The notes: generated by a model not told the origin, from the sequence alone. A stretch of DNA of 64,000 bases from an uncultured archaeon (GCA_964631415.1 CAZVZC010000001.1:100638-164637); one strand, 5' to 3'; positions 48,795 to 58,535 are shown, counted from the stretch's first letter. A program made the numbers and translations.

Positions 48795-51752
48795 TTGAGC
48801 CTGCTCCATACAAGAATAGTGCCTCTTGCTCTTTTCATGCTGCTCTTCACAAGCAGTCTGGCGGTACTTGCTCCATCGGTGATGACGCCGGTACTGAGAA
48901 CGCCGGTCCAGGACTCACAAGGATACACCGTGGCAGGGTTGGCTTCGAATGCATCTATTCCCTATATGGATTGCCACTATGGTCTTGCGGATGGCATAGT
49001 CGATCCGAGGGAGTACTCCTACAACTACACAGACCCGGTCAGCGGGATCACAGTCTACCTTGAGCACAACTCTACAGTCCTGTTCGTTGGGCTCACTGCT
49101 CACACATCAGGCTGGATTGGTCTTGCTTGGATGAACTACACTGAAGGCTTCACTACAGACGGCATCAATGGCAGTGACCTGATTCTTGGCTATGCCCCGG
49201 ACACTCCCCATGAAGTCGTTCAGAGGGTCACAGGTTCAGAGGCTGTCACCGTGCATTACAGACTGTTCCTGAGAAACGGAACGCTACTCCAAGAGGGTAA
49301 TGTACCTGATGACACCTCTACAACAGCAATTCGTGATGAAAGCCTTCTTGATGGCTACAAGCGCCAAGTGTATGGCATGAGGATTGGGGAAACACGGCAC
49401 TTCATGATTCCCGCCGCTGAGGGGTACACGACATCTACCGATTCTCTGTATGGTCAAGACTTGGAATATGTCATAACACTCACCCGGATTGGCACTGATT
49501 TCAACAACCCCGCCCGGTCAAGCCGCATCACGTACAGTGATTGTCATGGAATCAGCACCTTCCAACACCTCGCTGACGCCAATCGGAGTCAGATACTCGC
49601 AGCAAATGCCAGCGACGATGGCACAACAACGCAGCTTGAATACTTTATCAGAATGAACAGCACCGATACTAACGACATTCCACTGCTGAACGCCACGGAT
49701 GTCTGGTATCCTTTCGCATTCATGTTCGGTGCAACAGAGGACTTCAACACTCTTCCTGTTCAGCATAGCGACTGGTCGAGCCCTCTTCTAGTCAAGCTGA
49801 TGCCCAATGAGGCACCCACAATCGTTGTCAAGAGCCCTGGGGAAGACGAGCCCGTTGCATGGGTGACCAATGTCAAGGTCAATGCAACGGACAACACTTT
49901 TGTCAGGCGTGTTTTCTATCGCATAGACGATGAAAACTGGACAGAACTAGACTATAACTTCCAGACGCTTCTGTGGGAGTCCATCCTTGACCTCTCTAAG
50001 TATGAGAATGGCACACATGTATTCCGTTTCAATGGGACTGACCCATCAAACGTGACCACCGTCATCTCGACGAACGTGACAATCAGCCGACCCTACGTTC
50101 CGTTACTGGGAATGAGACTTAGTGTAACAAGGACAGTGACCACACTTCTGTTTCACGGCACACAGGTGACAGACGAGTTCACAGTCCGGAACAACGGCTC
50201 GGCCCCGATTGGAGCCATCGAGCTGTTCCTGCCGCAACCTTTCACCTCGCATTTCCTCTCATTGACAGCAGAGGACGGCTCGGCGAAACAACTCAGGGTC
50301 GTGCAACTTGATGATGTCGGAGGCATGATGCACTGGAGAGTCCACTTCGCTGAAACCGTTGGCTTTCAGGAGTCTTACGTCGTGAAGATGGTGATGTTCC
50401 TTCACTCATTGCACACTCTGACCAACTTCGATTCAAACCTCTACGAACTCAGGTTTCTGAAGTATCCAGTTGTCCCTTATGTCCTCAGCTCCGCATCGCT
50501 CAGCATGGGTCTTAGGAGTGGCGACACCGCTCAAGGGGTGTCACCAGAGGGCAGAGCCAGCAATCTTCCACCAATGAAGATCGAGGAGTTCACGCTCCCG
50601 CTGAAGTCATACACGCCGCTGATAGTGGCGACGCGTGTCACTACAGTGACTGTAGACCCTTGGGGTTGGTTGACATATCACGAAACGATTTCGATTGAGA
50701 ACATAGGACCTGCGAAGGAGAGCACTTTTGCGTTCACGTTCCCAACGTACTCGACGGACATCAAGGTCTATGATGAGGTGGGAATACTACAGAAGTCACA
50801 GAAGACTATAGAGGGCGACCTGTGGAACCAAACGATCCGATTGGACGTCAATCTGAATGAGCGTTTTGGGGAAGTCCAGTCATTCTGGCCCGGCTTTCGC
50901 TACACATTCCAGATAGACTACAAGGTCTTGGCCTCTAGTCACCAGAGCCCGGCCAGCGGAGCGAGTCTTCTGACGATTCCGATGGGCACATTGGGATATA
51001 TGACAGTCACGACGCATACTGTTGATGTGGTCCTACCTGCCTCAGTCTATGTCTTGGAGGTGTCTAAAAGCTACAGACTTCTATACGGCGTCTTTGATGA
51101 CACGCTGAGATTCGTGAGCACGAACACAACTGAGAATAACCCACCGACCGTTACGTTACTCTATCGCACCTCCCTGTGGGTCGCGATGAGGCCTCTTGCC
51201 TTCTCACTCATCTTCGGACTCTTTGCTTTCGCCTACGTTGCGTACAGGAAACTTAAGCTACCCGCGGCGATGGTCACGATCGCAACTTCAGAGGAAATAG
51301 CTGCAGAGGCCCAGCAGACTGGTGCACCTCCCGAGCTTCTCAGAAGGTTTGCGAGCACCTATTCGAAGAAGACCTCACTGGATCTTGACTTGGAGAATCT
51401 GGAGGCAGCATTGAAGCGAGGAAAAGTGAAGAAGAGAGAATTCACGATTCGCGAGGGCGACATAAAGACTCAGCTTGAAAAGATTGACAAAGAGCTAAGT
51501 GGTCTCAAGGATGAGGTTATGTCCCATGGACCCAAGTATAGGGACATGGTCGCACAGCTTGAGCTGCACGAAGAGCGAATTGCTGGTGCAAAGGCCGGTC
51601 TCAATCAGCTACTTATCCGGAAGAAGAAGCAGAGAATCAGTGCCGGGGCCTTCGAGAAGACGCGCCAGGACTATCTCAAGGCTATCAAGAAGGCGATAGC
51701 TGCCACAGACCGCATCCTCCTGTCAATCGAAGAAGAAGCTGGAGAGTTCTGA
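48795..51752 (+). CDS. ribophorin-I (OST1)-like membrane protein with N-terminal DOMON-like, inserted FKBP-like and Ig-like domains
   Basis: Signal peptide; GWIGLAW..GSDLILG; VTVHYR..GMRIGETR.F.IP...GY; two ribophorin lumenal repeats (VDPWG..HE, YDEVG); TM helix; cytosolic coiled coil. Confidence 0.7.
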   Translation: MSLLHTRIVPLALFMLLFTSSLAVLAPSVMTPVLRTPVQDSQGYTVAGLASNASIPYMDCHYGLADGIVDPREYSYNYTDPVSGITVYLEHNSTVLFVGLTAHTSGWIGLAWMNYTEGFTTDGINGSDLILGYAPDTPHEVVQRVTGSEAVTVHYRLFLRNGTLLQEGNVPDDTSTTAIRDESLLDGYKRQVYGMRIGETRHFMIPAAEGYTTSTDSLYGQDLEYVITLTRIGTDFNNPARSSRITYSDCHGISTFQHLADANRSQILAANASDDGTTTQLEYFIRMNSTDTNDIPLLNATDVWYPFAFMFGATEDFNTLPVQHSDWSSPLLVKLMPNEAPTIVVKSPGEDEPVAWVTNVKVNATDNTFVRRVFYRIDDENWTELDYNFQTLLWESILDLSKYENGTHVFRFNGTDPSNVTTVISTNVTISRPYVPLLGMRLSVTRTVTTLLFHGTQVTDEFTVRNNGSAPIGAIELFLPQPFTSHFLSLTAEDGSAKQLRVVQLDDVGGMMHWRVHFAETVGFQESYVVKMVMFLHSLHTLTNFDSNLYELRFLKYPVVPYVLSSASLSMGLRSGDTAQGVSPEGRASNLPPMKIEEFTLPLKSYTPLIVATRVTTVTVDPWGWLTYHETISIENIGPAKESTFAFTFPTYSTDIKVYDEVGILQKSQKTIEGDLWNQTIRLDVNLNERFGEVQSFWPGFRYTFQIDYKVLASSHQSPASGASLLTIPMGTLGYMTVTTHTVDVVLPASVYVLEVSKSYRLLYGVFDDTLRFVSTNTTENNPPTVTLLYRTSLWVAMRPLAFSLIFGLFAFAYVAYRKLKLPAAMVTIATSEEIAAEAQQTGAPPELLRRFASTYSKKTSLDLDLENLEAALKRGKVKKREFTIREGDIKTQLEKIDKELSGLKDEVMSHGPKYRDMVAQLELHEERIAGAKAGLNQLLIRKKKQRISAGAFEKTRQDYLKAIKKAIAATDRILLSIEEEAGEF

Positions 51753-51784
51753 TTTCCAGTCCCATTTAGCAAGTCTTATCACAT

Positions 51785-52678
51785 ATGAAGAGGACAAGAG
51801 ATGCCCTAATGGGGGATGCCGTTATGGCCAGAAGTACACCCTTTGACAGAGAGAAAGTCAGCGTGCGCAAGACTTTGGGTTCGGGCACCAAGTCCCTAGA
51901 GATGTATCAATACTTGAGCAGATCCCCGAAGGTCCAGTCTTATCTTCGCAGTGCCAACCGTATGGCAGTGTCCCGGCTGGGATACACAGACCATGGTCCG
52001 GTTCATGCTGAGGTGGCCACGTGGAATGCACTCACAGCCTTTGATATCCTTGTTCAGACATTCCGCCCCAATGTTGTTGCAGAGGGGATTGGTGACACGG
52101 ATGACGCACGCATGGTCGTGCTGGCATCCACTTATCTACATGACATAGGCATGGTCGTTCACCGCAATGAGCATCCCCAAGCCGCAGTTCCTCTTGCCAG
52201 TGTGATTCTAGATGAGAAGCTCGCAGAGCTCTATGAGGATCCCGGAAAGGCGACGGACATTCTGTCATTCATGCTCCATGGAATATACGCACACGATGAT
52301 GACACACAGTGTCTGACTTTCGAAGCCGGTGTCACCAAGCTGGGTGACGGTTGTGACATGACAAAGGGTAGGACTACCATTCCATTTCAGAAAGGCAAGG
52401 TGGACATCCATTCACTGAGCGCCATGGCAATAAACGACGTCATACTTGAGCGTGGTACTGAGAAGCCTCTTCAGATAACGGTCGATATGGACAATCCAGC
52501 CGGCGTATTCCAAGTCCAAGCCGTTCTTGAAAAGAAGATATCAACGTCGGGACTGAGTGACTATGTTTCTATAGAGGCTCTGGTGAACGGTGACCGATTG
52601 GTCTTGTCTCAAGTCAAGAGGCTCTTCAGAGTTGAGATGGCAGACTCTCCGCCTTCAATAAGCGTCAAAGAGAAATGA
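51785..52678 (+). CDS. HD-domain phosphohydrolase
   Basis: GYTDHGPVHA, YLHDIG, DGCDM; start may be 51823. Confidence 0.85.
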   Translation: MKRTRDALMGDAVMARSTPFDREKVSVRKTLGSGTKSLEMYQYLSRSPKVQSYLRSANRMAVSRLGYTDHGPVHAEVATWNALTAFDILVQTFRPNVVAEGIGDTDDARMVVLASTYLHDIGMVVHRNEHPQAAVPLASVILDEKLAELYEDPGKATDILSFMLHGIYAHDDDTQCLTFEAGVTKLGDGCDMTKGRTTIPFQKGKVDIHSLSAMAINDVILERGTEKPLQITVDMDNPAGVFQVQAVLEKKISTSGLSDYVSIEALVNGDRLVLSQVKRLFRVEMADSPPSISVKEK

Positions 52679-52682
52679 TGTA

Positions 52683-52791
52683 TGGTAGCCCCGCCAGGGT
52701 TCGAACCTGGGTCGGCGAGGGTCTTCACCCCATAGGCTCGAGGCTATGTGGTTCCAAAACCCGCCATGCTGGACCACTACACCACGGGGCT
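52683..52791 (-). tRNA. tRNA-Gln(UUG) with 33-nt intron at 37/38 (52721-52753); CCA encoded
   Basis: AGCCCCG acceptor, GGTTCGAACCC T arm, BHB-like junction; 76 nt after splicing. Confidence 0.92.
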
Positions 52792-52823
52792 GTTTCTATC
52801 AGATGATGACTTTGATGAGCATA

Positions 52824-53144
52824 TCAGGTTTCGGATGTGAGGCCAAAGGGCACTCCATTCTTGAGTATGTCGACAGGGATGCGGTCCTTCCACCTCTCCA
52901 GAAAGGCGTTCTCCTCTTTCCTCTGTCGTCCATCCAGTCTCAAGTCATCCGGCAGCATACAGGGGATTCCCTCAATGACCGGATACCATCGGCCGCATTT
53001 GGGGCATGTGATCAGCGCCTCATCGATTTCCTCCACTGCCTTTTCCTCTGCCTCCACACTGTGTGCTTCATATACTTCAAGATGGAGTTCGTTCCTGCAG
53101 TCACTACGAGGACAGACCAAGATTTCCATCAGCCAGCGCTTCAT
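52824..53144 (-). CDS. Trm112-family protein
   Basis: MKRWLMEILVCP..C, CPKCGRWYPVIEGIPCML. Confidence 0.9.
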   Translation of the reverse strand: MKRWLMEILVCPRSDCRNELHLEVYEAHSVEAEEKAVEEIDEALITCPKCGRWYPVIEGIPCMLPDDLRLDGRQRKEENAFLERWKDRIPVDILKNGVPFGLTSET

Positions 53145-53288
53145 TCACATTCTCTCCCTGACCTGTTCTGGTTCAACTGTAGCAGTTTAAAAACAATTCT
53201 GGAAGGCCGTGCCCCTGACCAATCCAAAAGCGTATTTGGCGGACATGTCGCGCCTTGAGTCGCACCAAGTGCAGGCCGGTGTACTGTC

Positions 53289-54692
53289 ATGGAGTCCAGA
53301 CACCCATACCTTCCAATCACAAAAGAAGCTGAAGAAGAGATGCTCAAATCGATTGGACGCAAGTCGCTCGAAGAGCTATTCTCTACCATTCCCGCGAAGT
53401 TCAGACTGAAGCGTGAACTGAAGATACCTGATTCACACAGTGAGCTTGAGGTCACACGCCGGATTCAGGAACTGGCTGGCAGGAACCGATCCAGAGAGGA
53501 TGGCCGCATCTTCCTAGGATCCGGGGTTGGATTGCATTACATCCCAGCAGCAGTCCGTGCCCTAGCAGGGCGCTCTGAGTTCGTGACGGCGTATACAAGC
53601 TACCAACCCGAGATAAGTCAAGGAATGCTTCAGACACTCTTTGAGTACCAGAGTCTCGTGGCGGAGCTCTTGAGCATTGATGTTGTTAACAGCAGCATGT
53701 ACGACATGGCCAGTGCTCTTGCGGAAGCCGCAAGGATGACGGTCCGCGTTGGTGCGCGGCGATCACGCTTCTTGGTGCCCAGTACAATCAATCCAATGCA
53801 CTACAGAGTACTGTCTACATACGCCGAACCTGCTGGTATTGAAATACAGAAGGTGGCGTACAATCACGTCACCGGACTGATGTCGATGGCCGATCTCAAG
53901 TCGAGAGTAGATGACACAGTCGCAGGAGTCTATGTTGAGAACCCGAGCTATCTGGGATTCATAGAAACTCAAGTCGACGAAATCAGTAAGGTCGTACACG
54001 ATGCAGGTGCATTCCTCGTTGCCGGCGTAGACCTGCTGTCGCTAGGTGTCATGCGTCCTCCGGGCAGCTATGGTGCCGATATAGTCATAGGTGAGGGACA
54101 GGAGCTGGGATCGCCCGTGTCCTACGGCGGTCCGCTTCTGGGAGTATTCGGATGCAAAATGGACAGACGGCTTGTCTATCAGATGCCTGGGCGGCTCGTA
54201 GGCATGACAAGGACCACTGCAGAGCCCTACGAACGGGGTTTTGTCCTGACTCTGAGTCCGCGTGAACAGCATATCCGAAGGGAGAAGGCAACAAGCAACA
54301 TATGCTCGAATGAAGCCCTGCTTGCAGTCACTGCCGCCATCTACCTATCACTTTTGGGTCCTGCTGGCCTGAAGCAGATTGGCGAAGCAATAGCCTACAG
54401 GTCAAACTATGCTGCAAAGGAGCTCAGTACAATACCTGGAGTAATAGCCCCGGCGATTGGCAAGTCTGTCTGGAAGGAGTTTGTGGTTCGATTCGAGAAG
54501 GGTGTGTCTGCTAAAGTTGTGCATGATGGTCTTCTGGCCCGCAACATGCACGGTGGTCTATCACTGACCAAAGAGTTTCCTGCTCTTGGTGAGTCAATGC
54601 TACTCAGCGTGACAGAAGTCCACACCAAGGCCATGATAGATGACCTTGTGAAAGCAGTGAGAAACACTGTCACACGAGGAGGTAGCCGCTGA
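53289..54692 (+). CDS. gcvPA: glycine dehydrogenase subunit 1
   Basis: YTSYQPEISQG.LQ, GGPLLG, REQHIRREKATSNICSN. Confidence 0.96.
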   Translation: MESRHPYLPITKEAEEEMLKSIGRKSLEELFSTIPAKFRLKRELKIPDSHSELEVTRRIQELAGRNRSREDGRIFLGSGVGLHYIPAAVRALAGRSEFVTAYTSYQPEISQGMLQTLFEYQSLVAELLSIDVVNSSMYDMASALAEAARMTVRVGARRSRFLVPSTINPMHYRVLSTYAEPAGIEIQKVAYNHVTGLMSMADLKSRVDDTVAGVYVENPSYLGFIETQVDEISKVVHDAGAFLVAGVDLLSLGVMRPPGSYGADIVIGEGQELGSPVSYGGPLLGVFGCKMDRRLVYQMPGRLVGMTRTTAEPYERGFVLTLSPREQHIRREKATSNICSNEALLAVTAAIYLSLLGPAGLKQIGEAIAYRSNYAAKELSTIPGVIAPAIGKSVWKEFVVRFEKGVSAKVVHDGLLARNMHGGLSLTKEFPALGESMLLSVTEVHTKAMIDDLVKAVRNTVTRGGSR

Positions 54693-56260
54693 TGGTAACT
54701 CGAGCCATTGATGATAGCAAGGTCCACCAAGCCAAGTGGGACGAGCCATTGATTTTCGAGCGTTCCACTCCTGGAGTGGTAGGACACGTGTTACCCGCTG
54801 TTGAGGATGGTATAAGGAAGGCAGTAGGTCCGATGGAGTCTCTTCTACCCGAGCAGATGCGACGCATGCAGCCGCCAAAACTCCCTGAGGTTTCGGAACT
54901 GCAAGTCATACGCCACTTCACACGCTTGTCCCAGATGAACTTCGGAGTCAACTTGGGGACCTATCCACTGGGCAGTTGCACCATGAAGTACAACCCAGCA
55001 GTGAATGAGTGGGCTGCTGCACTACCTGCGTTTGCATCCTTGCACCCACTGCAGGATGTGTCAACTGCACAGGGTTCATTGGAGATGATGTGGGAACTCG
55101 AGCAGTGGCTGGGTGAGATAACTGGCATGGATGCAGTGACACTACAGCCCGCAGCGGGAGCCCATGGAGAGCTGACTGGTGTGCTCATCATGCGGCAATA
55201 CCATAAGTGTGTCACAGGAGAGTGCACTCAGCGGAACGAGATGCTGATTCCCGATGCTGCACATGGCACGAATCCCGCATCAGCAGCCATGGCCGGTTAT
55301 GAAGTGGTTGTGATACCTTCCAACAAGGAAGGGTTTGTTGATACTGATGCGCTCAAGAGCGCAGCCGGTCCTCACACAGCTGGTCTGATGTTGACAAACC
55401 CGAACACAATCGGCCTGTTCGAGAAGAACATAGAGGAGATTGCAGGGATAGTACACGACGCGGGCGGCCTACTGTACTATGACGGCGCGAACTTCAACGC
55501 AATTGTGGGTGTGGTTCGCCCTGGTGACATGGGGTTCGATGTGGTGCACATGAACCTCCACAAGACTTTCTCGACGCCACACGGCGGGGGCGGCCCCGGC
55601 TCAGGTCCAGTCGGTGTGAAGCAGAATCTTGCTGAGTTCCTGCCGGTCCCTCGGGTCGTGAAGAAGAAGAATGGCAGCTTCGACTTGGACTATGATCTAC
55701 CGCGGTCGATTGGCAAGGTCCATGGCTTCTATGGCAATTTCGGGATTCTGCTCAGAGCCTATGCATACATATACGCACTGGGCCGACAAGGACTCAAGAG
55801 AGCATCTGAAACCGCAGTCCTCAACGCAAACTACTGTGGGTATCACGTTAGTCGAATTCCGGGCTTCAGTCTGCCATACTCCCAAGACGCTCCGCGGATG
55901 CATGAGTGTGTTGTCTCAGCAGAGGACCTAAAGGCCAAGACGGGCGTGGCGGCTATGAACGTGGCAAAGCGTCTTCTCGATTTGGGAGTTCATGCTCCAA
56001 CTATATACTTCCCGGTGATAGTGCCTGAAGCACTCATGATCGAACCTACTGAGTCTGAGTCAAAACAGGAGCTGGACGCGCTTATTGAAGCAGTGCGACG
56101 GGTTTCTGACGAGGCGTTTCAGGACCCTGACAGAGTCACTAGCGCTCCGCACAACACCGCTCGTGGTCGTCTTGATGAATACAGAGCTGCCCATCCGAAG
56201 ACACTTACTCTCTCGTGGAGAATGCACTTGGAGCGGGAAGCCGAAGAAGGCGAAAACTAG
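54692..56260 (+). CDS. gcvPB: glycine dehydrogenase subunit 2
   Basis: YPLGSCTMKYNP, HMNLHKTFSTPHGGGGPG. Confidence 0.97.
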   Translation: MVTRAIDDSKVHQAKWDEPLIFERSTPGVVGHVLPAVEDGIRKAVGPMESLLPEQMRRMQPPKLPEVSELQVIRHFTRLSQMNFGVNLGTYPLGSCTMKYNPAVNEWAAALPAFASLHPLQDVSTAQGSLEMMWELEQWLGEITGMDAVTLQPAAGAHGELTGVLIMRQYHKCVTGECTQRNEMLIPDAAHGTNPASAAMAGYEVVVIPSNKEGFVDTDALKSAAGPHTAGLMLTNPNTIGLFEKNIEEIAGIVHDAGGLLYYDGANFNAIVGVVRPGDMGFDVVHMNLHKTFSTPHGGGGPGSGPVGVKQNLAEFLPVPRVVKKKNGSFDLDYDLPRSIGKVHGFYGNFGILLRAYAYIYALGRQGLKRASETAVLNANYCGYHVSRIPGFSLPYSQDAPRMHECVVSAEDLKAKTGVAAMNVAKRLLDLGVHAPTIYFPVIVPEALMIEPTESESKQELDALIEAVRRVSDEAFQDPDRVTSAPHNTARGRLDEYRAAHPKTLTLSWRMHLEREAEEGEN

Positions 56261-56329
56261 GCGAAACTGAGCTCGACCAACGCCCTACCAAAAACATTAG
56301 AGCGTTTCGAGGAAGACAACGAAACAGCG

Positions 56330-56701
56330 ATGATGATTCAGAAGAGAGTCGGTCGCCACAATATCGTTCTGGACGCTAGGCCTGTCGGGAACGACTTGCT
56401 GGTGGTGATTTACGGTGGCGATGAACACCACATTGGCGCCGTCGCGGTGGCCTATCCTACAATGAGTCACTACAGAGAAAAAGGCACTGTCAGTCTAAAC
56501 TCCTTGACGCTACCTGGGCACAGTGACTACGTCGTGGCAAACTCCGCAGCAGAGAAGATATGTAAGGCCCTACGGATCACCACAGTAGTGACTGTCGGTA
56601 TTCACATGGAAAACGCGTCAAAAGAGGAGATTGAGGGAGCAGTCAAAGCCGCCGACCTGATGGTGGATGAGATGATTGCCCACCACAAAAGGCCGCCGTA
56701 A
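56330..56701 (+). CDS. LpdD-like small protein
   Basis: GNDLLV.IYGG..HIGAVAV, LPGH.D, GIH...A...EI. Confidence 0.6.
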   Translation: MMIQKRVGRHNIVLDARPVGNDLLVVIYGGDEHHIGAVAVAYPTMSHYREKGTVSLNSLTLPGHSDYVVANSAAEKICKALRITTVVTVGIHMENASKEEIEGAVKAADLMVDEMIAHHKRPP

Positions 56702-56704
56702 CGA

Positions 56705-57004
56705 TTGGAGGTGTGTCGGTTGCGAATTGTGTTCAAGTCCTTTGGTCAGCTGCGGAAAGTGCTCGGTAGTCAGTCGATTGAGATAGATGTGCCAGAGCAG
56801 TCAACGATACGTGATGTCATTGACAGGGTGATAGCCATTGGTGGTGCAAGCGTGAAACGGCAGGTTATGGAGGGTGACCGAATCAGTGGGAGTCTGATAG
56901 TGTTGCTCAACAAGAGGGACATTGACACGCTCCAAGGGGCCAACACTATTCTGAACAAAGACGATGAGGTGGCTATACTCCCGCACGTTCAAGGGGGCAC
57001 ATGA
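56705..57004 (+). CDS. MoaD/ThiS/SAMP ubiquitin-like protein
   Basis: Beta-grasp pattern VLLN..DI...G..T.L..DDEVAILP.VQGG, followed by Thr. Confidence 0.88.
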   Translation: MEVCRLRIVFKSFGQLRKVLGSQSIEIDVPEQSTIRDVIDRVIAIGGASVKRQVMEGDRISGSLIVLLNKRDIDTLQGANTILNKDDEVAILPHVQGGT

Positions 57005-57037
57005 CAGTCGCTCAGAGGTAAGGCAATCTTGGACGCA

Positions 57038-58039
57038 TTAGCTCTTGCCCTGAACGGTGATATCGATGATCTTTCCAGTCTTTGCGCTGGCTCTAGCCGC
57101 GTCTACTATACGAAGGGCTCCAACGCCATCATCAAGACCCACTTTTGGGGTTCCCCCGGTTTCTATGCATTTCAGGAAGTCGTTTATGACCTCCTGAACT
57201 GGTTCCCCATAGACCTTGATCGTCGCACCTCTCTCAGGCAGATTGATAGTCCTGTTGTCTGCTGACGGTTCCTGGTCCAAATCCTGCACCTTTATGATCT
57301 GACCAAACAGGTCCAGAAGCAGAGTTCCTTTAGTCCCGGAGATGTCCATCTCCCTTCTTCTGCCTGCATACTGTCTAGACAGATGAAAGACGTGTTGAGT
57401 ACCCGTTTCGAACTTGACGAGCACGGTGGCTGAGTTGAGGACGCCTCTCTCGGAATCACACTGTGCATACAGCTTTGCACGGCCACTGCTTATCCTTGCC
57501 ATTATGTCAAAGTCGTGGACTCCTATGTCCTCGAAGACATCACCGAGTGAAGCGATTCTCGAAGGTTGGACGAAGCCCCTCCTGTCATGAATGACTGTCC
57601 GAGGGGTGCCAATGGCCCCGGCCTTTATCAGAGCGATTGCTCTCTCGACCACGGGGTTGTAGATCTCGGAGTGGGAAACGATGGTGACTAGCTTCTTTGC
57701 ACGGAGTACGCCCGCAACCCTATTCGCATCTTCGAGCGTGCTGGCCAACGGTTTCTCTATCAAGATTCCCTTGAGCTTGTCATAGCTCTTGGCGATCTTT
57801 TCTGCAATACTGGCGTGTGTGAATGTTGGCGTTGATATGATAACCCCATCCAATGGGGTTTCTGCGATCATCGATTCGAAGTTGCTGTATGCCTTCACAC
57901 CGTAGATGGCGGCGATTTTCTGTGCTCTCTCGAAGTCGGTGTCTGCCAGAGCGGCCAATGCACGCATATTGCCGAGTATCCTCGCGTGTATTTGCCCCAT
58001 GTTGCCAACACCGATTATCCCTATCCTTGGAATCGCCAT
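57038..58039 (-). CDS. Gfo/Idh/MocA oxidoreductase
   Basis: GIIGVGNMG..HA, IEKP, DIGVHDFD. Confidence 0.9.
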   Translation of the reverse strand: MAIPRIGIIGVGNMGQIHARILGNMRALAALADTDFERAQKIAAIYGVKAYSNFESMIAETPLDGVIISTPTFTHASIAEKIAKSYDKLKGILIEKPLASTLEDANRVAGVLRAKKLVTIVSHSEIYNPVVERAIALIKAGAIGTPRTVIHDRRGFVQPSRIASLGDVFEDIGVHDFDIMARISSGRAKLYAQCDSERGVLNSATVLVKFETGTQHVFHLSRQYAGRRREMDISGTKGTLLLDLFGQIIKVQDLDQEPSADNRTINLPERGATIKVYGEPVQEVINDFLKCIETGGTPKVGLDDGVGALRIVDAARASAKTGKIIDITVQGKS

Positions 58040-58136
58040 CTTTGAGAACCCCTGTGGTTTCGCCTCTGTCGAGCCCCAGATTCCCTTATAGGTTGCTCTC
58101 TTGCATGGAACAACAGAGCTGTTTCAAGAAGCATGA

Positions 58137-58254
58137 TGGTGCGGAGGGAGGGATTTGAACCCTCGATTCGAGCGCTCAAGCAAGAGCTAGGAGCGTACCC
58201 CTACGAGACAGGCGCCTCAGGCCTGCGCCTTTGACCTAGCTTGGCAACCTCCGC
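58137..58254 (-). tRNA. tRNA-Leu(GAG) with 30-nt intron at the 3' end of the variable arm (58167-58196); CCA encoded
   Basis: GCGGAGG acceptor, CAGGC-CT GAG GC-GCCTG, long variable arm, T arm GAGGG TTCAAAT CCCTC. Confidence 0.9.
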
Positions 58255-58426
58255 AGTTTCCTCGCAATTCCTGTGCAAACCAATGATAAGGATTACTATG
58301 GGCTTGCCAACTCATTCTGTCAGAGGTCTGGCCGACCATCAGTTGGAGCCAACATGCACAAAGACGGATTCATGTGTAGGTGAAACCATACTTGTCCGAC
58401 GTCCTGTTGACACCAGTAGAATGAGA

Positions 58427-58535
58427 TGGAGCCTCGGGCGGGATTTGAACCCGCGACCTTCCGCTTTGACGGCCTGTGAGGGTGTGGCTCACAGAGCTTA
58501 CGAGGCGGATGCTATAGCCTCTAAGCCACCGAGGC
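58427..58535 (-). tRNA. tRNA-Thr(CGU) with 33-nt intron at 37/38 (58466-58498); CCA encoded
   Basis: GCCTCGG acceptor, TCCGC-CT CGT A|A-GCGGA, intron hairpin CTGTGAG/CTCACAG. Confidence 0.92.

Noticed and set aside
52800-52830. ATGATGA/TTGATGA box C-like words
   Set aside because: No suitably spaced D box; the region is the short spacer between trm112 and tRNA-Gln
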